A stretch of 64,000 nt of DNA from Candidatus Heimdallarchaeota archaeon (GTDB lineage Archaea > Asgardarchaeota > Heimdallarchaeia > Heimdallarchaeales > Heimdallarchaeaceae). Positions 21,628 to 30,784 of this stretch are shown here, piece by piece. The stretch spans positions 1 through 64,000 of the forward strand of contig JAUVXV010000013.1 in NCBI GenBank assembly GCA_030603365.1, given 5' to 3'. Below the pieces are notes generated by a model. It was not told where the DNA came from. It made no database searches and saw nothing but the letters and a program-made list of their open reading frames with translations. Both the position numbers and the translations under genes were made by a program. The number at the start of each line of letters is the position of its first letter. Position 1 is the stretch's first letter.

Positions 21628-23313
21628 ATGACACCGCCTATTGGTACGTCTAAATTAGAAGAACCCATAAACTCCATATTGGTACCAAGTAGACATTTAT
21701 ACAATCAGATTTTCAATATCTCTTCACTATCTAAATTTTTATTCCTTGGTATTTTGTATGTATTTTTCTATTTTGTGATATACATTCTAAAGATATATTA
21801 CATTAATTCTGTTTATTTCCCAATTATTGCAATATTCGTGATTTTCACTGGTTTTCTAGTCTGGTCTTCCAGTTTCTTTGTAATGTTCTCGATAACAGGG
21901 TCTAATGTTGAAAAATCATTAGTAAAAAAAATTTTTCCCGTTTTGATAATATTAGGAATATTAACAGCTTATCTAGCAATAGTAATTGAAAATAAATTCC
22001 TAACTCTTGTAACCATTTTAACTGAAACCCCTTTATTTTTTGGTGTTGCCGTTAACATTTCTTTTGCTCAATTAGTTAACATAATTTTTTATGTGTATGT
22101 AGTTCCAGTTCTTGAAGAAATTGCAAAAATTTTTCCTATTTTAATCTTGATGGGTAATTTTGCTAAGATATCTATAAGAGATAGGAAAATACTAACACCT
22201 CTAACTCCATCACATCGTACTATTGTCTTATTTGGAGGGTTTTTTGGTGCCTGGTTTGACTTATTTGAGCAAATTTTGTCCTTTTCTGTTTCATCGAATG
22301 TAGTCTCATTAATCTCTAATAGATCTATATACCCTCTTCATAGTGTAACTGCAATGATAACAGCTTTTGGAGTTGGTTGGATTTTTGTTAGTCGTAAGAA
22401 CCTAAATAAGATATGGAAATTCTTGATATTTCTAGTTTCTCTTACGGTTTCCAGTATTTTCCATGGTTTGTGGAACAACAACTATTGGATTGAAGATGAT
22501 CCAATTTTACGCTTAAATAACTTAACAATTTTGGGGTATGTTTCTTATGGATTATTTGCACTTTTTCTTATATGGATATTAATCAAAGTGCCAAAACTGT
22601 GCTCTAACTGTTATAGTGAACATTTAGCAAAAGAGTGTACTATATTTAGTTCTGTTTCGAAGAAACACAAAATTAACCTTGAAAAAAATAAAATAATCAA
22701 AGACATATATGACGAATCTTCTGGCTTGATGCGGTGTCCTGAATGCCAGGTTCATCTATACAATGGTGAGTTCTGTATAAACTGTTGGTCCTTTCCAAAA
22801 CTACAATGTGAAAATTGTAATCAGATTATTCCTGCATTTTCTCGGAATTGTTGGGCATGTGGGACTGAAGTCCCATCATTGATTGATAAAATGTCTTCCT
22901 CTTCTCCTCCAATGTACATTAACATTGCTGTAGGATTTACACGAATTCTTGGTATGGGAATAATTGTCGTGTTCTTTTTTATTTTTCTAAATGCATCAAA
23001 TACATTAGTTTTCCTCGGAAATACAATTTTCTTACTTGGGGTAATAATTTCAATTGGTATTACTATTATCTGGTTCAAATCAAGTGAAAATAGAGTCAAA
23101 TCAATGTTGACATCGATGAATGTAACATCGATTATAGCTTTAAACATAATTATAATGGTTCTTTATTTGGTTATTTTTGGGTCACTTTTAATAATCTCAA
23201 TAGCACAATTATTTTTTGGTTTACTAGGGATAAGTCTATTACTCCTATTAGCTATAGGGTGCATATTTTTCCTTTCTAAAGTAATTGGAGGTACTAATTT
23301 AATAATAATTTAG
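21628..23313 (+). CDS. PrsW-family intramembrane protease with a double zinc ribbon
   Basis: PVLEEIAK, FDLFE, PLHSV and FHGLWN motifs; CxxC pairs (CSNC, CPEC/CINC, CENC/CWAC); additional TM helices. Confidence 0.8.
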   Translation: MTPPIGTSKLEEPINSILVPSRHLYNQIFNISSLSKFLFLGILYVFFYFVIYILKIYYINSVYFPIIAIFVIFTGFLVWSSSFFVMFSITGSNVEKSLVKKIFPVLIILGILTAYLAIVIENKFLTLVTILTETPLFFGVAVNISFAQLVNIIFYVYVVPVLEEIAKIFPILILMGNFAKISIRDRKILTPLTPSHRTIVLFGGFFGAWFDLFEQILSFSVSSNVVSLISNRSIYPLHSVTAMITAFGVGWIFVSRKNLNKIWKFLIFLVSLTVSSIFHGLWNNNYWIEDDPILRLNNLTILGYVSYGLFALFLIWILIKVPKLCSNCYSEHLAKECTIFSSVSKKHKINLEKNKIIKDIYDESSGLMRCPECQVHLYNGEFCINCWSFPKLQCENCNQIIPAFSRNCWACGTEVPSLIDKMSSSSPPMYINIAVGFTRILGMGIIVVFFFIFLNASNTLVFLGNTIFLLGVIISIGITIIWFKSSENRVKSMLTSMNVTSIIALNIIIMVLYLVIFGSLLIISIAQLFFGLLGISLLLLLAIGCIFFLSKVIGGTNLIII

Positions 23314-23324
23314 GTGAAATATGA

Positions 23325-24326
23325 ATGGGTATTGATCGCAGACAACAATATGTTCCTCCAAAACCGAAGAAAGATAAGGAAGATTCACCTACGTTTAAAC
23401 TGGAATTTCGTTATCTTTTAACCAAATTCATTTTTCCTCACATGAAAAATAGAGGAAAAAGGGAATATGTGGGGATTCTAATTAGAAGAATATCCACATA
23501 TCTTGCAATAAGTTATGCAGTTTCAATTTTCTTTGGAATTGTTCTTTTTTATTTAGATGATTTGTCGATTATTTATGGAACTGTGTGGAATCCTGAAGAA
23601 ATTCTGTATTTGCCATTTCTTTTTACTTTTATGTCTCAAGAAGCAGAAGCTCTTATAACAAGCTATGTTCTTACAGTCTTTGTACCTTTCTTGATAGCTG
23701 CTACTATTTGCGCGTTAATTTGGAGAGACGAAGCAAGAGATTTAGTGTTGATGTCATCATTTATTACCTTCGGACTTTTTATCATTCTACATTTATCACA
23801 ACTTATAATTTTCACTTCAATCGCTGCAAGTGTCTCAGGCATTTTCTCAGGATTTTGGTACATTGCTTATGTTTTTCTTTTCTCCCTCTCCTTTCTGATT
23901 ATAAGTGCTCTTGGAGGTTCAATAGGAGTTAGAATTGGTAAAATTCTTACAAATGTATTTTTCTCAAGGAAGGGAGCAAAAATCTATTATTCACATCTTC
24001 TTAATCCGGAGATGCCTTTATCTGTTAAAACTATTTTTGATTTGGAAAAACCTCCACAAAGAGATGATAGACGATTTAATGCAATATCAATGGTTTACTT
24101 GCACAATCGAGTTGTAAAATTACTTAAATCATCACAGAAGAAACATTGCACCTATTTTACTGAAGGTAAATGTGCTTATTTAGGTTATACAACATCGGTT
24201 CATAAATATCAGATTTGCGTTACAGATTATTGGCCACTATGTAAGGTATATGCCTTCTTAAGTCAAAGTAAATTTCTTCTTAAAGAATCATCGGTAGGTG
24301 AAAATAATGTCAAAAAGGGTTCGTAA
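23325..24326 (+). CDS. Multi-pass membrane protein with a C-terminal 4-Cys cluster
   Basis: About four TM helices; C-terminal HCTYF..KCAY..ICV...LCKVY. Confidence 0.7.
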   Translation: MGIDRRQQYVPPKPKKDKEDSPTFKLEFRYLLTKFIFPHMKNRGKREYVGILIRRISTYLAISYAVSIFFGIVLFYLDDLSIIYGTVWNPEEILYLPFLFTFMSQEAEALITSYVLTVFVPFLIAATICALIWRDEARDLVLMSSFITFGLFIILHLSQLIIFTSIAASVSGIFSGFWYIAYVFLFSLSFLIISALGGSIGVRIGKILTNVFFSRKGAKIYYSHLLNPEMPLSVKTIFDLEKPPQRDDRRFNAISMVYLHNRVVKLLKSSQKKHCTYFTEGKCAYLGYTTSVHKYQICVTDYWPLCKVYAFLSQSKFLLKESSVGENNVKKGS

Positions 24327-25095
24327 GTTGTTCAATGTAAGAATCATTCTTCTTCTTACCTGCATTATTGTTTTCATTTTACTAAACAGTACTCAAGAAA
24401 GTTTTGTACAAATAAGTGATATGGCATCAACTACTTTAGTAACAACAGATACCGGTACTGAAAGTTTTACAGATACATATTCCGAGCTAACGCCTACAGG
24501 TCCAACTTTTCCTACTTATAACCCACCTGATACAAACAACAATGGAGGAATTATAGATGGTGGAAACAGACCCATGTTACCTGCTCAAGTTATACCAATA
24601 ATAATTGGAACTGTAATAGGTGTATTAATCATTGCTTTACTACTTCAGAGAAGAAGAGCTGAAAAGAGTTCTGGATACTTTAAACAATTAGAAAGGTCTT
24701 CACCTTCTATAGTAAGAAGAAAAAGGGAGAAGTTTAGAACACAGATTAGTACATTAGTTGAAATTCTTACTGAATATCTTGAAGAAGGAAAATATACTGA
24801 GGGAGTAATCTACGGATATCATCAATTAGATAAGAATACAAAAAGAATACTGGGAACTCGGAGAGAAACCTATCTTACTCCAAAAGAATTTGCGAGTTCA
24901 CTAGAACTTCCTGAGATAATTGTTCCGCTGAAATGGATCGTAGAAACCTTCTATGTGGCAAGATATAGAATATCCCCTATGGGCTATGAGGATTTGAAAG
25001 AGTTCATTATACATTTACAAACTCTCAAAGAGATGAGTAAATCTGGCGCTGATATCAAAATTATTAGAAGAGATATTGATGGTGATGAAGAATGA
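24307..25095 (+). CDS. DUF4129-like domain membrane protein (module 1)
   Basis: Signal/TM, Thr/Pro linker, second TM, then YLTPKEF...FYVARY (the DUF4129-type T-x-E / F-x-x-ARY pattern). Confidence 0.7.
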   Translation: MSKRVRKLFNVRIILLLTCIIVFILLNSTQESFVQISDMASTTLVTTDTGTESFTDTYSELTPTGPTFPTYNPPDTNNNGGIIDGGNRPMLPAQVIPIIIGTVIGVLIIALLLQRRRAEKSSGYFKQLERSSPSIVRRKREKFRTQISTLVEILTEYLEEGKYTEGVIYGYHQLDKNTKRILGTRRETYLTPKEFASSLELPEIIVPLKWIVETFYVARYRISPMGYEDLKEFIIHLQTLKEMSKSGADIKIIRRDIDGDEE

Positions 25096-26384
25096 GCTTA
25101 TCGAAAGGATTGTTTTCTAAAAAATACTCTCCATTTTTCAAGATGTTTATTCAAACACTTCTTCTTTTCGTTGTTCTTACATTGCCTTTGAGTCTTAATA
25201 TTACCAGTACTCCCCCACCATATACAATGAATGATACTGGCCCAAGTGGGATGTCCACATTCTCTAATCTTCTTCTTCACAATGGTTATAATGTGACTAG
25301 AACAATCTTATCAACTGAACCCATCAAGGATCTGCCTCCTTCTTCTGTTCTGGTAATTGCAGGAGGAGCAAAAAAATATCGCGATTCAGAAAAAGCTGTA
25401 ATAAATGCTTTCATTGCTAACGGTGGAACCATACTACTTCTTGCAAGTGAAGGGGTATCATATGATTTAGCAGAATATCTCGGATTTTATATCACTTCTT
25501 CAATTTTACTGGATACAGCTGCCTCAAATACAACTCCTTCTCCCGATATATTACTGATTGAATCACCATTTAATTCAAGTGACACCCTATGTTTCTTTAG
25601 AGCTAAGCATATAATAACTGTTGCAGAGAGTCCTCACCAATGGTTGGTTAGTTCTATTAAAACACCTAATACTACCTTCATTGACGAGAACAATGACTAT
25701 CAGTGGAACGTAGTATATGAACCTATTAGAATACATACTGTTGCCACAGTAATAAGGAGAGGATTAGGAACTATTATAATGGTAACTTCAACCAGTTTCC
25801 TAACAAATGATCTCTCAAATTTAGGTTTCAATAATATTAATACTACTTTACAAATCTTAGGCAATATAACTTCGAGTGAACAAACATTGGTCTGTTTTGA
25901 AGAAAGTCATAAGAGGTGGCCATTTACTACAACAGATGGAATAATTAACCAGACATATGGAACTATTATCCTACTATCGAAAACAAAACTTTTCATTTTT
26001 TTGGTTATTATTATACTTCTGCTCTTTTACTATCTAACACCAAGGTTTAGAGAAACATATAAGATGAGAGAATCGTATAAAAAATTCATCTCTGACAGGA
26101 TGTGGAGTAGACGAAGAGAACTTTTCGATACATTTGGTACGGCAATTAAACCCACGGTAGAGGAGAAGTATCTTACATACCTATACTTTCAACATGAATT
26201 GTATCCTAGTAGGGCTTATAATTATTTTATTGCAGAGAAATTAAAATTCATTCCTACACGTTCATTAAATGAGGAAGAGAGAGAGCTCTTTGAGCTTGCA
26301 TTAACAAGAAAACTAGATCATCAAAGTTTCTTATTTCTATTCAAGAAATTGGAAGAAATACAAAAAAGAGGCCGATTTGAATGA
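25092..26384 (+). CDS. DUF4350/GldG-like extracellular domain membrane protein (module 1)
   Basis: NDTGPSGMSTF, FIANGGTILL, GLGTIIMV, FLTND and FEESH, followed by a TM helix; ATGA overlap with the upstream gene. Confidence 0.7.
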   Translation: MSLSKGLFSKKYSPFFKMFIQTLLLFVVLTLPLSLNITSTPPPYTMNDTGPSGMSTFSNLLLHNGYNVTRTILSTEPIKDLPPSSVLVIAGGAKKYRDSEKAVINAFIANGGTILLLASEGVSYDLAEYLGFYITSSILLDTAASNTTPSPDILLIESPFNSSDTLCFFRAKHIITVAESPHQWLVSSIKTPNTTFIDENNDYQWNVVYEPIRIHTVATVIRRGLGTIIMVTSTSFLTNDLSNLGFNNINTTLQILGNITSSEQTLVCFEESHKRWPFTTTDGIINQTYGTIILLSKTKLFIFLVIIILLLFYYLTPRFRETYKMRESYKKFISDRMWSRRRELFDTFGTAIKPTVEEKYLTYLYFQHELYPSRAYNYFIAEKLKFIPTRSLNEEERELFELALTRKLDHQSFLFLFKKLEEIQKRGRFE

Positions 26385-27325
26385 CACAAATACAAGAAAC
26401 AAAAGATATTTTTAATAAAATTATGGATGAAATGAAAAAGAGAATTGTCGGAAATGAGAATGTCATTGAGCTGATGTTTGCTTCTCTTTTGAGTGGAGGA
26501 CACATTCTTCTAGAAGGTGTTCCTGGTATTGCTAAAACATTAATGGCTAGCACTTTAGCTGAAGTAATAAAAGTGGATTTCAAACGAATACAGTTTACTA
26601 GTGATTTGATGCCAGCTGATATTACAGGTGGCAATATTTATGATAGAGAAACTAGTTCTTTTAATTTCATAGAAGGACCAGTTTTCGCTAATGTTTTACT
26701 AGCTGATGAAATCAATAGAAGTCCCCCAAAAGCACAATCCGCTCTTCTAGAAGCAATGCAAGAAAAGCAAGTATCGATAGGTAGAACAACTTACAAACTT
26801 CCAGAACCATTTATGGTAATTGCTACTCAAAACCCTATAGAATCTACAGGAGTATATCCTTTACCAGAAGCTCAAATCGATCGTTTCTTACTAAAAATAC
26901 CTGTTTATCCTCCAACATTACATGGTGAAGTACAGATGCTTCTGAAGAAGAAAGAAAAAATGTTTGCTGATATTGATGTTATAACAAAGATAGAAAAAAT
27001 TCTCAAATTGTCAGCAGAAATTGAAAAGGGTGTAATAATAAGTAACCAGATTATTGAATATATAGCTAAACTAGTTGTTGCAACACGTACCGTACCTTCT
27101 GTTGCTCTAGGCGCTAGTCCCAGAGGATCAATTGCTTTACTAACACTTGGTAGATCAATAGCTGCTATAAGAGGAAGAGATTACGTTGAACCTGATGATA
27201 TAAAATCCATTTTCTATCCAGTAATGAATCATAGACTCATTCTTTCTCCTGAAGCAGAAATTGAACAAGTTCGAATATCAGAAATTATTGAAAACATACT
27301 CGCGGATGTGGAAGTAGTAATCTAA
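26381..27325 (+). CDS. moxR: MoxR-family AAA+ ATPase (module 1)
   Basis: GHILLEGVPGIAKT, RIQFTSDLMPAD, LADEINR, ATQNPIE, LPEAQIDRF and GASPRG. Confidence 0.95.
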   Translation: MTQIQETKDIFNKIMDEMKKRIVGNENVIELMFASLLSGGHILLEGVPGIAKTLMASTLAEVIKVDFKRIQFTSDLMPADITGGNIYDRETSSFNFIEGPVFANVLLADEINRSPPKAQSALLEAMQEKQVSIGRTTYKLPEPFMVIATQNPIESTGVYPLPEAQIDRFLLKIPVYPPTLHGEVQMLLKKKEKMFADIDVITKIEKILKLSAEIEKGVIISNQIIEYIAKLVVATRTVPSVALGASPRGSIALLTLGRSIAAIRGRDYVEPDDIKSIFYPVMNHRLILSPEAEIEQVRISEIIENILADVEVVI

Positions 27326-27347
27326 ATTAGACATCGAGGAAAATATT

Positions 27348-28724
27348 ATGCAAGAAGATAGGCATCTAGAACTCACAAAAAATGGAAAAATATTCATATT
27401 ATTTGGAAGTTTATTTGTAACTGTAGGGTTAGCTATCGATAATTACCTACTTATAATTCCTGGTGTGTTCTTCTTGTTAATCATATCTTCTACTTTCTCT
27501 AATTTTCTTCTAACCCAGAATGCAAATATCTCAGCTAATTTGAGAATATCAAAAAACTATATGCGAAGTAGAGGGCTTTTAGCAGTATCTGTGGAATTAA
27601 CAAATAATTCGAATAAAAAAATCAAAATGAAAGCAAGACTTAGATTCTCCTATCATTTTCAAACGATAAATGTACCAGAACAAGTGTTCCTTGAATTGAA
27701 ACCTGAACAAAGTAAGAAATTGGTGTGGATACTTCTTGGAGTTAGAAGGGGAAACGCAGAAGTTGGACCTGTTGAAATAGATATTGGTCCCTTTCAATAT
27801 CTGTTCAAACAAACCAGAATTCTGAAAGTGGTCGAATATATCAAAATTCTTCCTCAAAGACCTAGAATCAATATTCCTTGGAAAACAAAGAAGGAGCTTC
27901 TTCTTAAAATGGTTCATGAATTTGCTAAAAGAGTGAAAGGTCGTGGAGATGAATTTTTCGCTCTCCGAGATTATATGCCCGGTGATGAAGTTAAGCATAT
28001 AGATTGGTATGCTACTGCTAGGCATGACAAACTTATAACTAAGGAGTTTGAGGATGAAAGAAATCTCCATTTTCTTGTCTATCTGGATCTGGGAAGTACA
28101 ATGTTTGGTCCAAAGTTCGAATATGCTTTGTCTTCTGTAGTCGAACTTTCTTCACTCATTAGAGGTACAAATCATGATCTAGCTGTAATTGCTTATGGTG
28201 ATAATGTTAGTCGTTTCATAGTTCCTCAAGTAGGGAAAAATGAACTAAAATTGATGCTTAATATCTTTGATGTGGAAGCTTCTGGCGTTGAAAGTAATTT
28301 TATTAATGCAATTAAATTTACAAAGTCCAATCAGCTGTTACATTCTATTGCTATAATATTCTCAGATTTGGAAGGTGATTTAAGAAACAAGCTTCAAGGA
28401 TTACATCTTCTGAAAACAATGGGGAGTAGAGTGATATTTGCCAACTTCTCAACTATGGGTTTCAATATTCTTGCATCACCAGATTGGGCAATAGAAAATG
28501 CACAAAATATAGAATACAAAGATATCATGCAAGAGGTATATCCTAGTTTAGTTAAAGATGATTATTTCTCAAGAGAAAAACAACTTAGACAAATTCTGTA
28601 TTCAGTAGGTGGAGATTATGTAGAAGTGGGAGGATATATGGATAACATAATTCTATCTCTCTATAGATTAATGAGAAAGTATTCACCTTCTCAAAGGTTA
28701 GTTCAACAAGCATTGGGGCGATAA
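27348..28724 (+). CDS. DUF58 / vWA-like MoxR partner (module 1)
   Basis: EFFALRDYMPGD..HIDWYATAR, KEFEDE and a degenerate MIDAS (LDLGSTM); N-terminal TM pair. Confidence 0.88.
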   Translation: MQEDRHLELTKNGKIFILFGSLFVTVGLAIDNYLLIIPGVFFLLIISSTFSNFLLTQNANISANLRISKNYMRSRGLLAVSVELTNNSNKKIKMKARLRFSYHFQTINVPEQVFLELKPEQSKKLVWILLGVRRGNAEVGPVEIDIGPFQYLFKQTRILKVVEYIKILPQRPRINIPWKTKKELLLKMVHEFAKRVKGRGDEFFALRDYMPGDEVKHIDWYATARHDKLITKEFEDERNLHFLVYLDLGSTMFGPKFEYALSSVVELSSLIRGTNHDLAVIAYGDNVSRFIVPQVGKNELKLMLNIFDVEASGVESNFINAIKFTKSNQLLHSIAIIFSDLEGDLRNKLQGLHLLKTMGSRVIFANFSTMGFNILASPDWAIENAQNIEYKDIMQEVYPSLVKDDYFSREKQLRQILYSVGGDYVEVGGYMDNIILSLYRLMRKYSPSQRLVQQALGR

Positions 28725-28725
28725 A

Positions 28726-29571
28726 ATGAGGCTTAGAGATAAAGTATTTGAGGATGACTGGGAACAAGCTACACGAGAAACACAAAGATCTTCTCTTGTT
28801 ATCTTAGCGCATCATTTTTTTGGTATCGCAGCAATAGCTATCATTATTCTTCAATCTGCAATAAGCTTGAACATATATATTTTCACAATTTGGCTAGTAT
28901 TAGGCTTAATTATCTTACTATTGGATATTTCTAGAGGAAACAAGTTAAATTTAGGAAATGAATTAGCGTTTGGGTTCTTTTTTATTTTTGGAACAGCTTT
29001 CTCGCTCTTGTTGGGTAATTTCAATTCAATGTTCTTTCCTGATACCCTTGGTAGAATTGACATAATACTTTTCCAAATCTCAGCAGGGGTTTGTGTTGTA
29101 ATTAGGTTGTTATTAACCTTATATTATATGGAATTTAGAACACATGATGGATTCTTCATTATTCCTACAAGTAACTACTCCCAGGATCAACTCAAACAGT
29201 ATCAAGATAATCTTACACTCACTGATTTTGAGCAGGAGAAAAGTGAAAAAGAAGGATTTTTGAAAAATTGGAGACTTCTATTCCAACAGATGTTGTGGCC
29301 ACTAGTTATCATAATTATTCTAATTATAGTTGCTGTAGCTTATTCCTTCATGATTTATTTCATAATCCCAAATGACTCAATAGCAGAGCTTATCATCAGA
29401 CCATCTTTGATTGTAGTAGCTATTCTCTATACTCTCTTACTCTTAAGAACTCATACGATACTACCTCAAATAAAAAATGAAGCAGAGTTATCACCCGAAA
29501 CAGAAGAAGACATCGAAGAATCAGATGAAATAATAGATGATATTGACAAAGAAATTTTCGAAGATGTATAA
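28726..29571 (+). CDS. Multi-pass membrane protein with an acidic C-terminal tail (module 1)
   Basis: About six TM helices; tail EEDIEESDEIIDDIDKEIFEDV. Confidence 0.75.
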   Translation: MRLRDKVFEDDWEQATRETQRSSLVILAHHFFGIAAIAIIILQSAISLNIYIFTIWLVLGLIILLLDISRGNKLNLGNELAFGFFFIFGTAFSLLLGNFNSMFFPDTLGRIDIILFQISAGVCVVIRLLLTLYYMEFRTHDGFFIIPTSNYSQDQLKQYQDNLTLTDFEQEKSEKEGFLKNWRLLFQQMLWPLVIIIILIIVAVAYSFMIYFIIPNDSIAELIIRPSLIVVAILYTLLLLRTHTILPQIKNEAELSPETEEDIEESDEIIDDIDKEIFEDV

Positions 29572-29631
29572 TTATATTTATGTATATTAGTACTAGTATA
29601 ATATAACATATTTATCAGTAATAGAGAAAAT

Positions 29632-30336
29632 TTATTTCTGATTTTCCTTTATCTGTTTGAGAGTTTTTGTTCTACCACAAGAGTGATCATTTTCAGGACA
29701 ATAACCATAAAACTCACAGTATGGCCCCATGTCTCGAAATATTAGTGGTGAAACTTTCTTTACTTCTATTAACATTTCTTCGGCTAGTCTTGTAATTTCC
29801 AGTTGTGCTCGTGTGCATAATCTTCGTACAAAAAAATCTACTAAAGCATGAGCATTCATAGAAACAATCATTTGTGTTGTAGTTGCATTAGGTAAAACAT
29901 ATCGTGCATCTTCTTTTGAAATTCCATTATCAACCATTTTTTGGTAGAGTTCAAATCCTTTTTTCATTGCTTTATCATATTCTTCACTAAAAACAGAGTT
30001 TTCTATAGACCTAGGTTTAACAGTTGTAAAACTTTTAGCATCTACATATCTCTGAGACTGTTGAGAAAAACTCGCTATGCGCTTTCTAACAAGTTGATGA
30101 CTGGTAACTCTGGAAATTCCTGAAATATAAAAAACATATATGTTGTGTTCTAGTATTGATAGGTGACCATTCTTGACAATTTTACTCAAGTATTCATTTG
30201 GTTTCTCTTCTGCTTTCTTTCTGATTTCATCATAATCATGACCTCCTGAATAGCAAATTGCAGCAGCCATTTTTGCGACTAAATCTGTTTCAGAAGGGTA
30301 AGAAACTAATTTTACTTGAATTACTTTCACTTCCAT
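29632..30336 (-). CDS. thyX: FAD-dependent thymidylate synthase
   Basis: GHLSILEH, HQLVRKRIASFSQQSQRY (variant of RHRxxSxxxxSxR), EDARYVLP and RLCTRAQLEI. Confidence 0.93.
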   Translation of the reverse strand: MEVKVIQVKLVSYPSETDLVAKMAAAICYSGGHDYDEIRKKAEEKPNEYLSKIVKNGHLSILEHNIYVFYISGISRVTSHQLVRKRIASFSQQSQRYVDAKSFTTVKPRSIENSVFSEEYDKAMKKGFELYQKMVDNGISKEDARYVLPNATTTQMIVSMNAHALVDFFVRRLCTRAQLEITRLAEEMLIEVKKVSPLIFRDMGPYCEFYGYCPENDHSCGRTKTLKQIKENQK

Positions 30337-30376
30337 ATTATTCGTTCAACAACGTGTGGGGGTAAACAATTTTCAT

Positions 30377-30397
30377 TTCAAATACTCAGTATTTGAA
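30377..30397. promoter_or_regulatory. Perfect 10-1-10 palindrome, candidate operator in the thyX / module-2 divergent region
   Basis: TTCAAATACT-C-AGTATTTGAA, about 40 nt upstream of the thyX start. Confidence 0.45.
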
Positions 30398-30784
30398 TGA
30401 ATGTATGACATCTCTTCGATTTCTTTTTTGTTGATTATATGATACCTTAATTAATTGAATGCAAAGTTTAATTTTCAATTTGATGTAATATTTTTTCGGA
30501 GATGTTTCATATCTTTTAGGAATATATTGTTTCAATAATATAATTTGTAAAATCATATATTAACACAATAAAATTTTTGTCAAATTTATCTCGAAAAATC
30601 AAATAAACTCTGAAGTATCCGTTTTCAAGCTTTATAGCGTTAATGCACTATTAAACACCATGAATTTTTGGCATTACCAATTTGCAAGAATTTATATCGC
30701 AAAAAGTTTTTGAATATAGTAGGGGTATAAGGATAATAGGGTAATAATTGATACTCTTATATTTTATACATATGAGGAGACAAG

